The notes beneath the pieces were generated by a model, which ran no database searches, was not told the origin of the DNA, and saw nothing but the letters and a program-made list of their open reading frames with translations. Made by a program: the position numbers and the translations under genes. Below are positions 40,193-53,164 of a DNA stretch of 64,000 nt, one piece after another. How positions within the stretch are numbered: position 1 is the stretch's first letter; the number at the start of each line of letters is the position of its first letter. The DNA comes from Octopus vulgaris (Eukaryota). Location: positions 71,920,001 through 71,984,000 of the forward strand of contig OX597818.1 of NCBI GenBank assembly GCA_951406725.2, written 5' to 3'.

Positions 40193-40237
<45 letters not shown>

Positions 40238-40266
40238 ATGTGTATGTGTGTGTATGTATATGTATG

Positions 40267-40315
<49 letters not shown>

Positions 40316-40600
40316 ATGTATATGTATGTATGTATGTGTGTGTATGTGTATGTGTATATGTACATATACGTGTACGCTCGTGTGTTTATGTATATGTAGG
40401 TACGTAGAGTTATGTATGTGTGTATGTATATGTATACATATATATATATATATATATGTGTGTGTAAGTTTATATGTATGTATCCGTCTGTATAATAGGT
40501 AACTGCACGTATATATACTTAATATTTATTATTTATTTTTTGAGTATGCATGTATGTATATGAATAACTGCACGTATATATATTTTATTATTTATTTTTT
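39889..40600 (+). repeat. Local duplication of a microsatellite-laced unit (~39889-40047 and ~40401-40535, partial copy near 40566)
   Basis: TACGTAGAGTTATGTATG and TATCCGTCTGTATAATAGGTAACTGCACGTATAT are repeated. Confidence 0.8.
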
Positions 40601-40743
40601 GAGTATGCATGTAAGTATATGAACATAAGGAGGCGCGTGTGTGTGTGTGTATGGGTACGCATGTATATGTGTATGTGTGTGTATGTGTATATGTGTATGT
40701 ATGTGGGTGTATATATATATATATGTATGTATGTACATGTATG

Positions 40744-40790
<47 letters not shown>

Positions 40791-40913
40791 GTATGTGTAT
40801 ATGTATGTATATGTATGTGTATGTATGCGCGTATATGTATGTATATGTATATGTGTGGGTGTGTGTATGTGTATATATGTATGTATGGGTGTATGTATGT
40901 ATGTATATATACG

Positions 40914-40946
<33 letters not shown>

Positions 40947-41546
40947 TTGTATGTAGGTGTATATGTATGTGTGTATATATATTTATTGGTGTATATGTAT
41001 GGACTAGTCTTCTAAGCGTGTAGACATGAATCTGTAGGTACGCGTACGTATGTGTATATATGTGAATGTATGTAGATGTATGTATGTATGAATATAACGC
41101 GTGCGTGCGTGTATGTGTATGAGTGTACGAATGAGTGAGTGTGCGTGCTAATGAGTGTGCGTGCGTGAGTGAGTGCTTGTGTTCAAGTAGAAAAATAAAT
41201 GGACTTGCTGTCGTAGCCAAGATGCTTGTGACCCGCGGTCAAAGATAACAAAAGTAATAAATGAAGATAATAATAAAATTAAAATTAGGGAATGGGTTTG
41301 TATTTGTATATGTGTGTATGTGTAGGTATGTATAGGTACACATATGTATATATATATATATATATATGTGTGTATATATGTGTATATAGGGACTCGTGTG
41401 TGCATGTGTGTATGTGGATATATGTGTGTGTATGTGTGTATGTGCATGTGTGTGTATGTATATATTTTTTTTGTGTGTATATGTATGTGTGGTCGTGTGT
41501 GTATATATACATGTGTGTGTGTATATATATGTGCATATATATGTAT

Positions 41547-41582
<36 letters not shown>

Positions 41583-41891
41583 GTGTGTATATATATATGT
41601 ATATATATATGTGTGTGTGTATGTATGTGTGTATGTATATGTGTGTGTGTGTGTATATATATACATATGTGTATATGTATAAGTGAGAATCTCCTTATTT
41701 ACCTAAAACTCTATTCTTCTATATATTTTTTTATTCTTTTATTTATTCTTTTATCTAATTTACCACTGACTCCTTGACCACTCCCCCAAGTATGATATTT
41801 TTGCGCTATGCCTACCCCCAAAAAGTCCCCCACCACCACCCCTTTAAACCTGCCTAAATGTATAAATGCCAATACAATTCTTGTTAACTAG

Positions 41892-41938
41892 CTTCCTGAT
41901 GATTTCTCTTGAATGAAACAGTTCTAGTCCTGTAGAAG
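41892..41938 (+). ncRNA. Type-I hammerhead motif with 3-bp stem III
   Basis: cttc-CTGATGA-t ttc tctt gaa t-GAAA-cag ttctagtc ctg-TA-gaag, directly before (TA)n. Confidence 0.75.
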
Positions 41939-41945
41939 CTCCTTC

Positions 41946-41976
<31 letters not shown>

Positions 41977-42003
41977 CATACACATACAGATATATATATA
42001 TAT

Positions 42004-42900
42004 ACAAGGAAGTCAATTTGTAGACAGAAGTTACAAACCCCGTTTGAGCGAATAAAGCTCTAGAAGAAAAAAAGCTTGAGTGAAAAAACTTGAACCGCTT
42101 TAGGATAGCTTTTTGTAACGCATGACCGCTCAGTGGCGTGGTTGAAATCTCATTGGTTAGTAATAAAGGCTTATCGGCTGTATCTGGCCCACAGCGGCCA
42201 TACGTACGCATGCGCGACCGCACGCACAACGTTTTTCGATAGAGGGAGAAATGTAAATAGTGTAAATAGACGGAGTTCAAAAAATTTTAAATAGGTAAAG
42301 TTATGTTGTAGGGAAAACGTACAAATACCGTATAGACAAAGATAGTTATGCATGACGAAACTGAAATACTCTGAAGTCAATTTTTAGGCAGATGTAGCAA
42401 AACTGAATTTAAACACACTGGGTGAAAAAAAAAAAAAAAATGAGAACATACAAAACCGTAACAACAGAGATTTTTACGCATGACTAATTGAAATACACAG
42501 AAGCCAATTTGTAGACAGAAGTTAGTAAGTGTATGAGTGAGTTAGAGAGATAGAGATAGAGAAAGAGAGAGAGAGAGTGAGAGAAACAAGCATAGACTAA
42601 AAAATAGGAACTATTACAGAGGGTGAGAGAGAATGTGTTAGCAAGAGAAACAGAGAATGAAAAGAGAGAGAGAGAGAGAGAAGGGAAAAGGGAGAGAATC
42701 GATTGAACACTGTAGTTTTTAGAGAAAAACCTGTGTAAAACATCGTTTTCCCGGTTTCTCGCTTTATGTGGGAACTCTGGGCAAAATGTTATAGTGCATG
42801 ATCATCTTTCACAATAAGTAATGTGTGTGTGTAAAGTTTGGTGAAAATCATCAGTTGAAAACTATAGAAATGCATAATACTACACACACACATCCTTTAT
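42004..42900 (-). mobile_element. Possible non-autonomous Helitron-like element with internal repeats
   Basis: Bounded by (TA)n. GAAGTCAATTTGTAGACAGAAGTTA-like motif three times (~42009, 42373, 42500). Right end AAGTTTGGTGAAAATC...CACACACATCCTTTATATA. Confidence 0.3.
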
Positions 42901-43687
42901 ATATATATATATATATATATATAAACAGTTGCGGCCAAAATGTTCAGAACGGCATTGTTTTCGTCAGAAAAGTAGGCATAATTTTTTATCAAAGTTGTTT
43001 TATATTCTATAATTTTCACAGACAATAAATACGATATTATTTGTTATTGTCTGAGATTTTGGTGTAATTTGAGAGGATAATACAAAAGCTATGGATGATT
43101 TAGTGATTTACTGCAAAACCCATGGCATTATTGACATGAATTTATTGAGTTTCATATCTATGTCTTACATAGAGAGGCTTTTAGGCCAATCCTGCTGGAG
43201 TATGTGCTTTCCAAATGACTTCCAGTCAGCCTTTTAGAAATTTAGGCTGGATAGGGTTTGAGCGCCATCTGTGCGGAGTTTATCTTTAGTTAATTCCGGA
43301 CCATACATTGTTAGTTCTTTTATGTATGGTCTGAAAATATTGCCGGTCATCCATCCAACCGTGCACACAGTTGCATGCATATTGATTGACTTGTCTTCAG
43401 CTGGCTCGAACAAGTGTATACGTGATTTCGAAACGAATTCATTAAGCACACGTTCATGGTGACATCTATTGAGATAAGTATGGATGGGTCAGTATATATA
43501 CAAGTATACATGCATATATAAATACAAACACCTTACTTTGTGTGTGTGAGTGTATGTGTATATACACGTATATGTATGCCTGTATTTATCTATGTAGGTG
43601 TCAATCTGTGTGCACAAAATACTCAAAGATGCTGGTATTTATATATATAGTAATTGCTCTCTCTCTCTCTCCCTCTCTCTCTCTCTC

Positions 43688-43742
<55 letters not shown>

Positions 43743-43744
43743 GT

Positions 43745-44089
43745 AAAGGGTAAAGACCCCCTTCGGTCATGAGTGACCATGGGATTGCACCTAGAAAGTT
43801 ACCCTCCTAGACACAAGTCCGGGCAAGGTTGTTTATGGAAGACCAGCAGTCGCCCATGCATACCAGCCTCCCCTCTCCACGCCACCAGTGTTATCCAAGG
43901 GAAAGACAAAGGTCGATACAGCTTGGCACCAGTGACGTCGCAACTCATTTCTACAGCTGAGTGAACTGGAGCAACGTGAAATAAAGTGCCTTGCTCAAGA
44001 ACACAACACGCAGCCCGGTCCGGGATTCGAGCACACAACCTCAAGATCGTAAGCTCGACGCCCTAACCACTGAGCCATGCGCCTTCACT
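43745..44089 (-). mobile_element. tRNA-derived SINE family C, full length
   Basis: Minus strand: GGCGCATGGCTCAGTGGTTAG (A box)...CTCGAATCCC (B box)...GTTCTTGAGCAAGGCACTT core; tail TTTACCCTTTTAC. Confidence 0.85.
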
Positions 44090-44117
44090 TATATATATGT
44101 ATGTATGTATGTAAGTG

Positions 44118-44943
44118 CTTTGGTTTTACTGGGATCTCCCTTTTAAGTAGAAAGAATAGCCAAAACTTTTTGACTGCTATTTCTAAATTTGGTGTGTGGT
44201 GAGGCAAATCGTTGCTGAACCCTTAATTAATTAGTATTACTTAAACCTTCCTTGAATGGGTCTTTTACATGCCGAACTCTACTTGGTGAAATTAATGATT
44301 ATTTCTAAATTAATTAATTGATTTCACCCTTTATTATTGATAATTGTATTTCTTCCCAGTAAAAAACTGTAGCATCTTATTTTGGCAACACGCTGGCGGA
44401 AGGGGAAGGTGACTTACTTCCATTCACCCTTTGAATTTGGCTGTACTGGCAAGAATTACGCTCGCTCTGATACCATGAGTTGAGGTGATGTCTTCTAGTG
44501 CCTTCAAATTTAATACACAATTATTAATAATTGAGACGCAATAATTTATAATTGAAGAGTCCTACTCTGAGGAGGAAAATAGTAAGGTAAGACATAATTA
44601 TTTAATTTTTATGCTCTGCTATGACTTAATTCCGAAACGTGCGTCCGTAGGTAACTTAATATAGAATGATTTTCGTCATTTCTTTCTCTTTTGCCTGCGT
44701 TGTTTGTTTTTTAAGTTCTTTGGTTTTACTGGGATCTCCCTTTTAAGTAGAAAGAATAGCTAAAACCTTTTGACTGCTATTTCTAAATTCGGTGTGTGGT
44801 GAGGCAAATCGTTGCTGAACCCTTAATTAATTAGTATTACTTAAACCTTCCTTGAATGGGTCTTTTACATGCCGAACTCTACTTGGTGAAATTAATGATT
44901 ATTTCTAAATTAATTAATTGATTTCACTCTTTATTATTGATAA
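44118..44943 (+). mobile_element. Non-coding partial-tandem element (600-bp monomer + 226-bp terminal repeat) carrying a hammerhead
   Basis: 44118-44343 is repeated almost exactly at 44718-44943. HHR at 44561-44651; TA-rich flanks. Confidence 0.8.
44561..44651 (+). ncRNA. Type-I hammerhead motif, long stem II
   Basis: cctact-CTGAGGA-ggaa...ttcc-GAAA-C-gtgc-G-TC-cgtagg, with one mismatch at the base of stem I. Confidence 0.72.
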
Positions 44944-46446
44944 ATATATATATATATATATATGTCAACCAATCTAATTACGTATTAAATGTTGATAAAA
45001 GATTACATATTTTGTAGCAGAAGCAGGAAGAGTAAGTAATATGCATACGAGAGGCGAGGATAAGTTAGAAATCATAGAAAAATATGGGAAATCATAGAAA
45101 AAGGTGGAATGGGTGAAAATGAGGGGAAGAAATGTCAGCGATACTGTTGGTAAATTTAAATGTTGCACACCTAGCGACAGACAAGACATCAAAATTTGTT
45201 GCATATAAAAGTCAACTACTAGAAGAGGTTGATGATGATGATAATGATGGTCGTGGTGGTGGTGGTATTGATGTAGAGGACGATTAATTACGATTGAATG
45301 AAATTCGAAGATCATACTTAAATCTAATAGAGGGAACAACATTTCTGTGGTACATTCAAGGAATGTATTGATAACTGAGCGGCATTTGGAGGTTGAAATA
45401 CAGGAGACACCCAAACGACAGAATGTTGGTGAAAATAATAGAAAGCATCAATGAATTCAAGCATATGTAACCTGAAAATGTGGGATGTTACCTACTGAAA
45501 CCCATCAACGAAATGTTAACAGGTATCTTCGATTCAAAGAGGCTGTAACACGATCAATAGGGAATAGGTAGTCACGTGGCTTTAACCCTCAATCGTAACC
45601 GGTAGTTTTTTAGTCGTGAGTAGGTGAAAATCAAAAATGTTTACCATGTTTATTTTCCTCGTAATTTCAAGTATTTGGCTTATGTTTAAGATATTGGTCC
45701 AAAAGCCAGTCAACAGTCTGCTGGTTCATTTATTGTGATCAGGTCTACATTACATCCGCGCTTGAAAGTATTCTCAATAACCCAGTCTATTTAGCTGTAA
45801 GTCGGTAACATAGTGTCATATAATTTATCTTGGCAAGCAGTGGCAATATAGTAAAACTGACTGTTGATTGACAGGCTTCAAAGTTTTGTTAAAACTTTCT
45901 ACAGAGGTAAAGTTACCTTCGAAAGCCTCGTATTCTAGAACCGTAAGATAGTTGTCTCTCATCCTGACAACACAATGAAAAACTGAAATCTCGAAACATT
46001 AAAAAAAAATTTCCCGTGATTAATCAATCTACTAAAAACAGCAGCTAAATTTCTGTCATCACACCATGCTTAATAAAATCCAACCTAGTGGGGAACGTGA
46101 ATATCGGTTAATATGGTCTGTGATAGATTATATCTTAAACAATTGTGTGATACGAACTGAACGTCTTTGATCACAGGCCTACTCTATTTCGATAGACCAG
46201 GTGCTAAACAGCAGCTTAAAAATTTGAGATCATCCTCGGTTTAATATACAAAAGAGGACCACCAGAAAGTTATGAAACTCTTATACTTTAGTTAAGCTAT
46301 ACGTAAAATAACAAAAGACAGTGATTTGAACTTGTTTATTCCTTGTCAAACATTTACAAACGTGAGAAAGAACTATCCACTCCTAAAACCCAGGTCTTGT
46401 TATCCACCTCACCGGAAGTGCCTTTTCTGCCAAATAGTTCAGTAAC

Positions 46447-47109
46447 AACGTAAGGTGTATTAGCCATCTGAATGTGGCTAGCCACTGTGTTACTACATAC
46501 GGACTATGATGAAGGAGTCCCCTTGCAAATAAATATATAACGTTTTTCACAGCAACCACTGTCACTGATTTAGAAAAACTGTCTGAAAACAATAATAAAT
46601 CTCTCAACGAGATATAAACAGTAACCGCTCGACAACGTAAGGTGTATTAGCCATCTGAATGTGGATAGCCACTGGGGGGGGGGGTGTTACTGATGCTTTT
46701 AGCCCCAGGCGATCAACGGTTACTGTTTATATCTCGTTCAGAGATTTATTATTGTTTTCAGACAGTTTTTCTAAATCAGTGACAGTGGTTGCTGTGAAAA
46801 ACGTTATATATTTATTTGCAAGGGGACTCCTTCATCGAAGACCGGTGCTTACCATGCGTTGACGAGAGGCAATTACCTTGAAACTATAGTCCGTATGTAG
46901 TACTCGGGTCTTCGATGGAGGATGACCTCCCTTTGCAAATAACACAAGGGCACTGAGATAGTGTCTAAAGTCCTTCTGGTGACGTTGATCACCTGGGGCT
47001 AAAAGCATCAGTACCCCCCCCCCCCAGTGGCTAGCCACATTCAGATGGCTAATACACCTTACGTTGTCGAGCGGTTACTGTTTATATCTCGTTCAGAGAT
47101 TTATTATTG
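46447..47109. mobile_element. Retrozyme-like element: 355-nt hammerhead monomer in partial tandem plus inverted permuted copies
   Basis: CGGTTACTGTTTATATCTCGTTCAGAGATTTATTATTG at 46717 and 47072. 46509-46718 is an inverted, circularly permuted copy, with a further inverted piece at 46447-46508. Confidence 0.85.
46854..46896 (+). ncRNA. Minimal type-I hammerhead motif (C-to-T at the first core base)
   Basis: atgcg-TTGACGA-gagg caatta cctt-GAAA-C-tata-G-TC-cgtat. Stem I is extended by CATCGAAGACC/GGTCTTCGATG. Confidence 0.75.
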
Positions 47110-48741
47110 AGTTCAGTAATAGTCTACGCTGTAAGTCCTCGTTTTCAGTTCGTCTTCTACGAGCTCACGGGCGATGCCTTACGCTATCATATATAAGACA
47201 TTTTGCTCGGTTTGAGGTAATCGATATTTATTCTTGCAATGCATATAATCACCCATTCTTTAATTCATTCATTCTTTTATTCTCATATTCATTCTTTCAT
47301 TCCCTCACTTTAATTCAGTTATTCCTTTCATTTGTATTTGTAACAATGGCGCATAGAAAAGTGTATTGTTTAAAACCAGACGACAGTGAATTATTAAACA
47401 GGACGATATGAAAGGCAGAAGAAAAGCATGACGTAATAGATATGTGTAATGTATGGCGAATCAAAACACATACATATGTATCTGTTTGTATACATACATA
47501 AATGTGTATTCGTATGTAAGTATACATATGTGCGTATAAGTGTATATATATATATATATATATGTACACACACGCACACAACTTTATTTATGTATACAAA
47601 TATCAATCTATCTATATACACATCTTTAAATATATGTATGCATACACAAGCATTATATCTATACATATAAATTTGACATGGGTGATTCTTTCTTGTCTCG
47701 GGATTCACGGTCCAACGCGAACATTTACACAGATGTGTAGAATGATCCGGTTGTGATGCTGGGCTTCGTATTTTTTCACAGCTCCCATGGTTACCGAGAT
47801 AATCTACTATAATAATACTCTTGCGTTTATGAATGAGAAAGGAAGGGGTAATAGATGAATAAAGACGGAAGGGTTGATGTTGGTAGTGGGATGAGGAAAA
47901 TTGCACACTGAAAAAATATATCAAACAGCGTTTCAACTCTGTGTGAATATAAAAAGGTGTATGTAAAAGGGGATATGTGAATGTGTGTGTGCGCGTGTCC
48001 CCCCCCCAATGGAAGTGGGATGCTTCATCTTTGTTCGCTTAGTATTTGGGTTTATTTTTTGATTCGGTTGAATCTTGGTTGGTTTTTTTTTTTTTGTTGG
48101 TCAGTTATTTTTAGCGTCTTAACAGAAAAAAGTCATTCTAAAATTGTTTTTTAACATAAACATGCCCAAACAAGACAAATGCTTACAAAGAGCAGGTTGA
48201 GAGCCACATCAACCAAACCGACCGGCTGAAACCAGGCTTAGCTCCTAGTAAACATATAAACATGTCTTCACTCATCTCAGCTTCCGTTTGTCCAGTGCAT
48301 GTGCAGAAGTTGAAATGGATCCAACCTGGTATCGAAACCATGTCAGACAATTCTGTCACCTGATATATATATTTAAATATAATATAACAGGAGGTGGGGG
48401 AACTGAAAAAAGAATTTCTTTGAACTTTTATTTTTTTACTTAAATCGCACTTTTTTTTTAAAATGTAAGCAATGTAATCTGATAACGATTTTTCAACCAA
48501 TCAAATCACATGCTATCATTTAGTGTATATGAGAATTCTCTGTATTTGCTATTGCAATAGATCCTATGGAACTGATAGAAATAACAGCTAAATTTCACAC
48601 AAATCGCACCATCCCGTCTTGCATATATAAGTATATGCATGAACCATCATGGAAGTCTTTTCTTGGTAGCTAGGCAACCCAGTATTTACATGTGTTTATT
48701 CATAACTTTATGTACCTCGAGACCCAGCTCCAAAAAAGGGA

Positions 48742-51700
48742 ATCATCATCATCATCATCATCATCGTTTAGTGTCTGCTTTCCATGCTAGCATAGGTTGG
48801 ACGGTTTGACTGAGGACTGGTGAACCAGAGGCTGCAATAAGAGCAATCTGATCTAGCAAAATTACTACAGCTGGATGCCCTTCCTAACGCCTACCACTCC
48901 GAGAGTGTAATGGGTGCTTTTACGTACCACCGGCATGAGGATCAGTCAGGCGGTTCTGGCAACGATCACGCTCAAAAGGTGTTTTTACGTGCTACCTGCA
49001 CAGGAGCCAATCCGGCGGCACTGGCAACGACCACGCTCAAATGTTGTTTTTCACGTGCCACCGGCACATGTGCTGGTAAGGCGACGCTGTTAACGATCAC
49101 GCTCGAATGGTGTTTTTCACGTGTCACCGGCACGGGAGCTAATCCGTGGCCCTGGCAACGATCACGCTCAGATGTGCTTTTAACGTTCCACTGGCATGAC
49201 TACCAATCAGGCGGTACTGTCATCGGCCACGTCAGCAAATTTGATTTGGTTACACTTGCCTCAATAGGTCTTCGCAAGCAATGTTCATTGTCCAATGGAT
49301 GAGGGGTACTCATAAGTGGGCCGGTTACACTCCATGTTCCGCTATGCTTTAAACGTTCCACAGGCACGAGTGTCAATCAGGCGGTACTGTCATCAGCCAC
49401 GACATTGATTTTGATTTTGCTTTGAGTTCACTTGCCTCAATAGGTCTTACCAAGCAAAGTTTATTGTCCAATGAATGAGAGGTATCCATGAGTGGGCTGG
49501 TTACACCCACTGACATAGGCCATGGTCCCACTTAGCTTGCCGGGTCTTCTCGAGCACAGCATATCTCCAAAGGTTTCGGTCACTAATCATTGCCTCGGTA
49601 AGGCCCAATGTTCGAAGGTCGTGCTTCACTACCTCATCCCAGGTTATCCTGGGTTTACCTCTTCCACAGGTTCCCTCTACTGCTAGGGTGTGACACTTTT
49701 TCACACAGCTGTCCTCATTCATTTGCAACACATGACCATACCAGTGCAGTCGTCTCTCTTGCACACCACATCTGATGCTAATTTAAATCCAACTTTTCTC
49801 TCAGGGCGCTTACACTCTGTCGTGTATGCACACAGACATTACACATCTAGCGGGCCATACTGACTTCATTCCTTGCAAGCTTACGCATGTCTTCAGCAGT
49901 CACGGCCCATGGTCCACTACCGTGAAGCATGGCTGTTCGTACACATGCGTCGTACAGTCTACCTGAGCGAGAGGTGCTTTGTCACCAGCTGATGTAGCTC
50001 TCTGAACTTCGCCCAGGCTATTTTTATTCTAGCAGCTACACTTTTAGAGCATCCACCCCTGACTTGGTCCCCTAGGTAACGAAGCTATCAACTACTTCTA
50101 GTTTTTCTCCCTGGAATGTGACAGAAGCTGTTCTCTGCACATTGTCAGTGTTTATAGCACCTGAGCATTTGCCACATACAAAAACTATCTTCCCAGTTAG
50201 CCTCCCTTTGATATTGCTGCACCTCTTATGTATCCATAGCTGACACTGGGTACATCTTATATAGTTTCTACCTACACCTCTACTACAGATCAAGCAGGGC
50301 CATCTACCTGAAGGGATTTGTGGTTTTTCTGCCTTCCTACTTATTAAGACTTTGGCTTTAGCTAGGTTGACTCTAAGGCCCTTCGATTCTAATCCTTGCT
50401 TCCACACCTAAAACTTTTCCTCTAGTTCTGATAGGGACTCAGCAATAAGAGCAAGGTCATCAGCATAGAGGAGCTCCCAGGGGCAGCCTGTCTTGAATTC
50501 CTCTGTTATTGCCTGGAGGACTATGATGAATAAGAGGGAGCTGAGGACTGATCCTTGGTGGACCCCTACCTCTACCCGGAATTTTTCACAGTACGCGTTG
50601 CCAATCCTCACCTTACTGACAGCATTCCTATACATGGCTTGCACAGCTCTCACTAACCATCATCTATCCTTAGTTGCCAGATAAGGGATTGAGGGACCTT
50701 GTTAAAGGCTTTCTCCATGTCAAGGAAAGCCAGGTATAGAGGTTTATCTTTGGCTAGATATTTCTTTTGCAGCTGTCTTACCAGAAATATAGCATCAGTG
50801 GTGCTTTTCTCTGGCACGAACCCAAACTACATCTCATCTAGACTGACTCTCTCCCTAATTACTTGGGCTATGACCTTCTCCGTGACCTTCATTACCTGAT
50901 CCAACAACTTGATACCTCTGTAATAATTTGTATCTAAAGCGTCATCTTTACCTTTGTAGCAGTTGACTATGATGCTGCTACACCAGTCATTGGATATGAC
51001 TCATTCATGTATCACCTGGTTAACTATACGGATGACTAGGTTATAGCCGACACCGCCAGATATTTTGAGCATCTCTGCGGTGATACCTGATGGGTCGGGG
51101 TTTTTCCCTGTCTTCATACTCATAACTGCTTTATCTACCAAGGTACTGTCAATTCAGATAGCTGGTCCCTCTGTTGGGTCGACATTCGGCAGACTCTCTT
51201 TATTGAGTAACCATTCATAGTGGCGTCTCCACACCTCTCTCTTTGCAGCCTTGTTTAGTGCAAATGAACCATCATCCATTCGAACACATTTCTCTCCTAC
51301 GCCATCACGATTCTCTCTCACACACTGTCTTGCAACACGAAATACCTCAAGTCTTTGGTCCTCACGGCGCAGAACATTGGTAAATTTTTTCTTATCTGCT
51401 TCCCCTCATGCTAAATAAACCTATCTCCTAGCTTCCCTCCTGGCAATCCGATACAATTCCCTGCTGCCATCGTTCTTCCAGTCCTTCCAAGCCTGTTTCT
51501 TTTCCCTAATGGCTCTGTCAAAAACATTGTTCCACCACCACGTTACCTTGGGTCGAGAGGGGACTTTGCACCATCTACAGATCAGGTCAGTGGCCCTCAG
51601 CAGGTTGTCCAGTAGAAACCTCCAGTTGTCTTTCATATCATGCTGGGCATCGATTTAGACCTGATCCTGAGGTCGCTAACTACTAGTCTATGTTGTAGGG

Positions 51701-52340
51701 TACATTCTTCGCCTGGGAAGGTTTCCGCATTTATAAGCAGCCATCTTTCCGTTTTTCTGGCGAGGATATAGTCAATTTGGCTAGTATGTCTGCCAGAACG
51801 TTAGGTGACTAGGTGACTGGCAGGTCTCCTGAATTTAGTATTGCAAACCATAAGATCATTTGCATCGCAGAACTCCAGCAGCCTGGTTCCCTCCTCATTG
51901 TGGGTACCAAAACCATAGCCTCCATGTACACCACGGAATTCCCCTGCATGTTGTCCAACATGTCTATTGAAGTCACCAGCCACAAAGAGAAGGTCCCTGT
52001 CATTCGTCAACGAGGTAGTCTGCAAGAGGGTGTCATAAAATCGGTCTTTCCGTCTATCAGGTAACCCCTCTGAGGGGCATAGGCCGAGATAATGTAGCAC
52101 TAATCTAATCTTAAGTATTCTATCGCATACTATCGCATACCCCCGACTCCGTCAGTGTTCACTACCCAGAAAATCTTGTATCTGTGTTCTTTCCTGTGAG
52201 GAACCTAGCGGAATCCTCCTCTCCACCTTACTTCTTGGAGACAGCACAAATCTACACGTCTCCGTTCGAGCGAGCCAACTCTGAGGGTGTGGGAGGCGTG
52301 GGCCCGTGAGACCCCGGGATGGGAGACAGCAGCGTCATGT
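48742..52340 (-). mobile_element. RTE-clade LINE, near full length, decayed, with PHD-like finger after the RT core
   Basis: Minus-strand frames: VDLCCLQEVRWRG, AGDFN.HVG..G..NEEG (APE), GVHQGSVLS, LLYADD, CxxC..CxxC..H..C..CxxC, RLHWYGHV. 3' UTR with subrepeats; (GAT)n tail at 48742-48765. Confidence 0.93.
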
Positions 52341-52714
52341 AACTGAAAAGAAAGATCGCATTTGGCAGAATTCATAAACAAACAATAGCCTTCAATAGCA
52401 TACAATATACCATCATTTTTATGCACTATATCATCACAATCTTACATAGGAGATAAACGCTAAATAGGGATGGGGATGGCGTTAAGCCTTTAGAAGCGTT
52501 CATGGGAGACAACCAAAGGATGACATAGGATAGGGACTTCTGGTACAGGTGGCGGGCGTACAGCGAGATGGTAAAAATAGACAAGAGCATCTTCTGGATT
52601 CATATTCTTTCGGGGGAGTTATTAAAATGGAGTAAGAGAATCCGAGTGCGTGCGCTAGTTTATATAGGGTGGGGGTAGAGGAGGGGGAAGTGTTGGAGAA
52701 ACAAGTGGTAATCG

Positions 52715-52807
<93 letters not shown>

Positions 52808-53164
52808 GAGTGAGGCAGAGAGAGAGAGAGGGAGTCAGAGTTAGGGTGGTCAGGGATAGAACACGAGGGAGAAAATATTCTTTTTGGATTGTGTGTAACA
52901 TAATTTAATGAAACAGCAAATGCTGATAATAGTGAAATAGAATTGAAAAAATCTTACGATTTTCGGTCAGTCAACCTGTGACAAAATTAGAGAAATAAGT
53001 GACGATGTGACAAACTTGAGTAAATGAATAGGTGATGAATACGAATACGCATGAAGGAACTTAAGTTTGTCTTAGGACAACAGCGAGAAAGAGGAAACTG
53101 TGTTTAAACTATGTTTACATGGCAATGAAATAGCTAGAATAGGTGTAGACGTGGTCGTGTGGGT

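Noticed and set aside
42926-42950. CAGTTGCGGCCAAAA Tc1-like TIR
   Set aside because: I found no matching second TIR or transposase.
45300-45700. Possible PLE RT N-terminal remnant (IILKSNRGNNISVV)
   Set aside because: A single weak motif with no supporting downstream motifs visible by eye.
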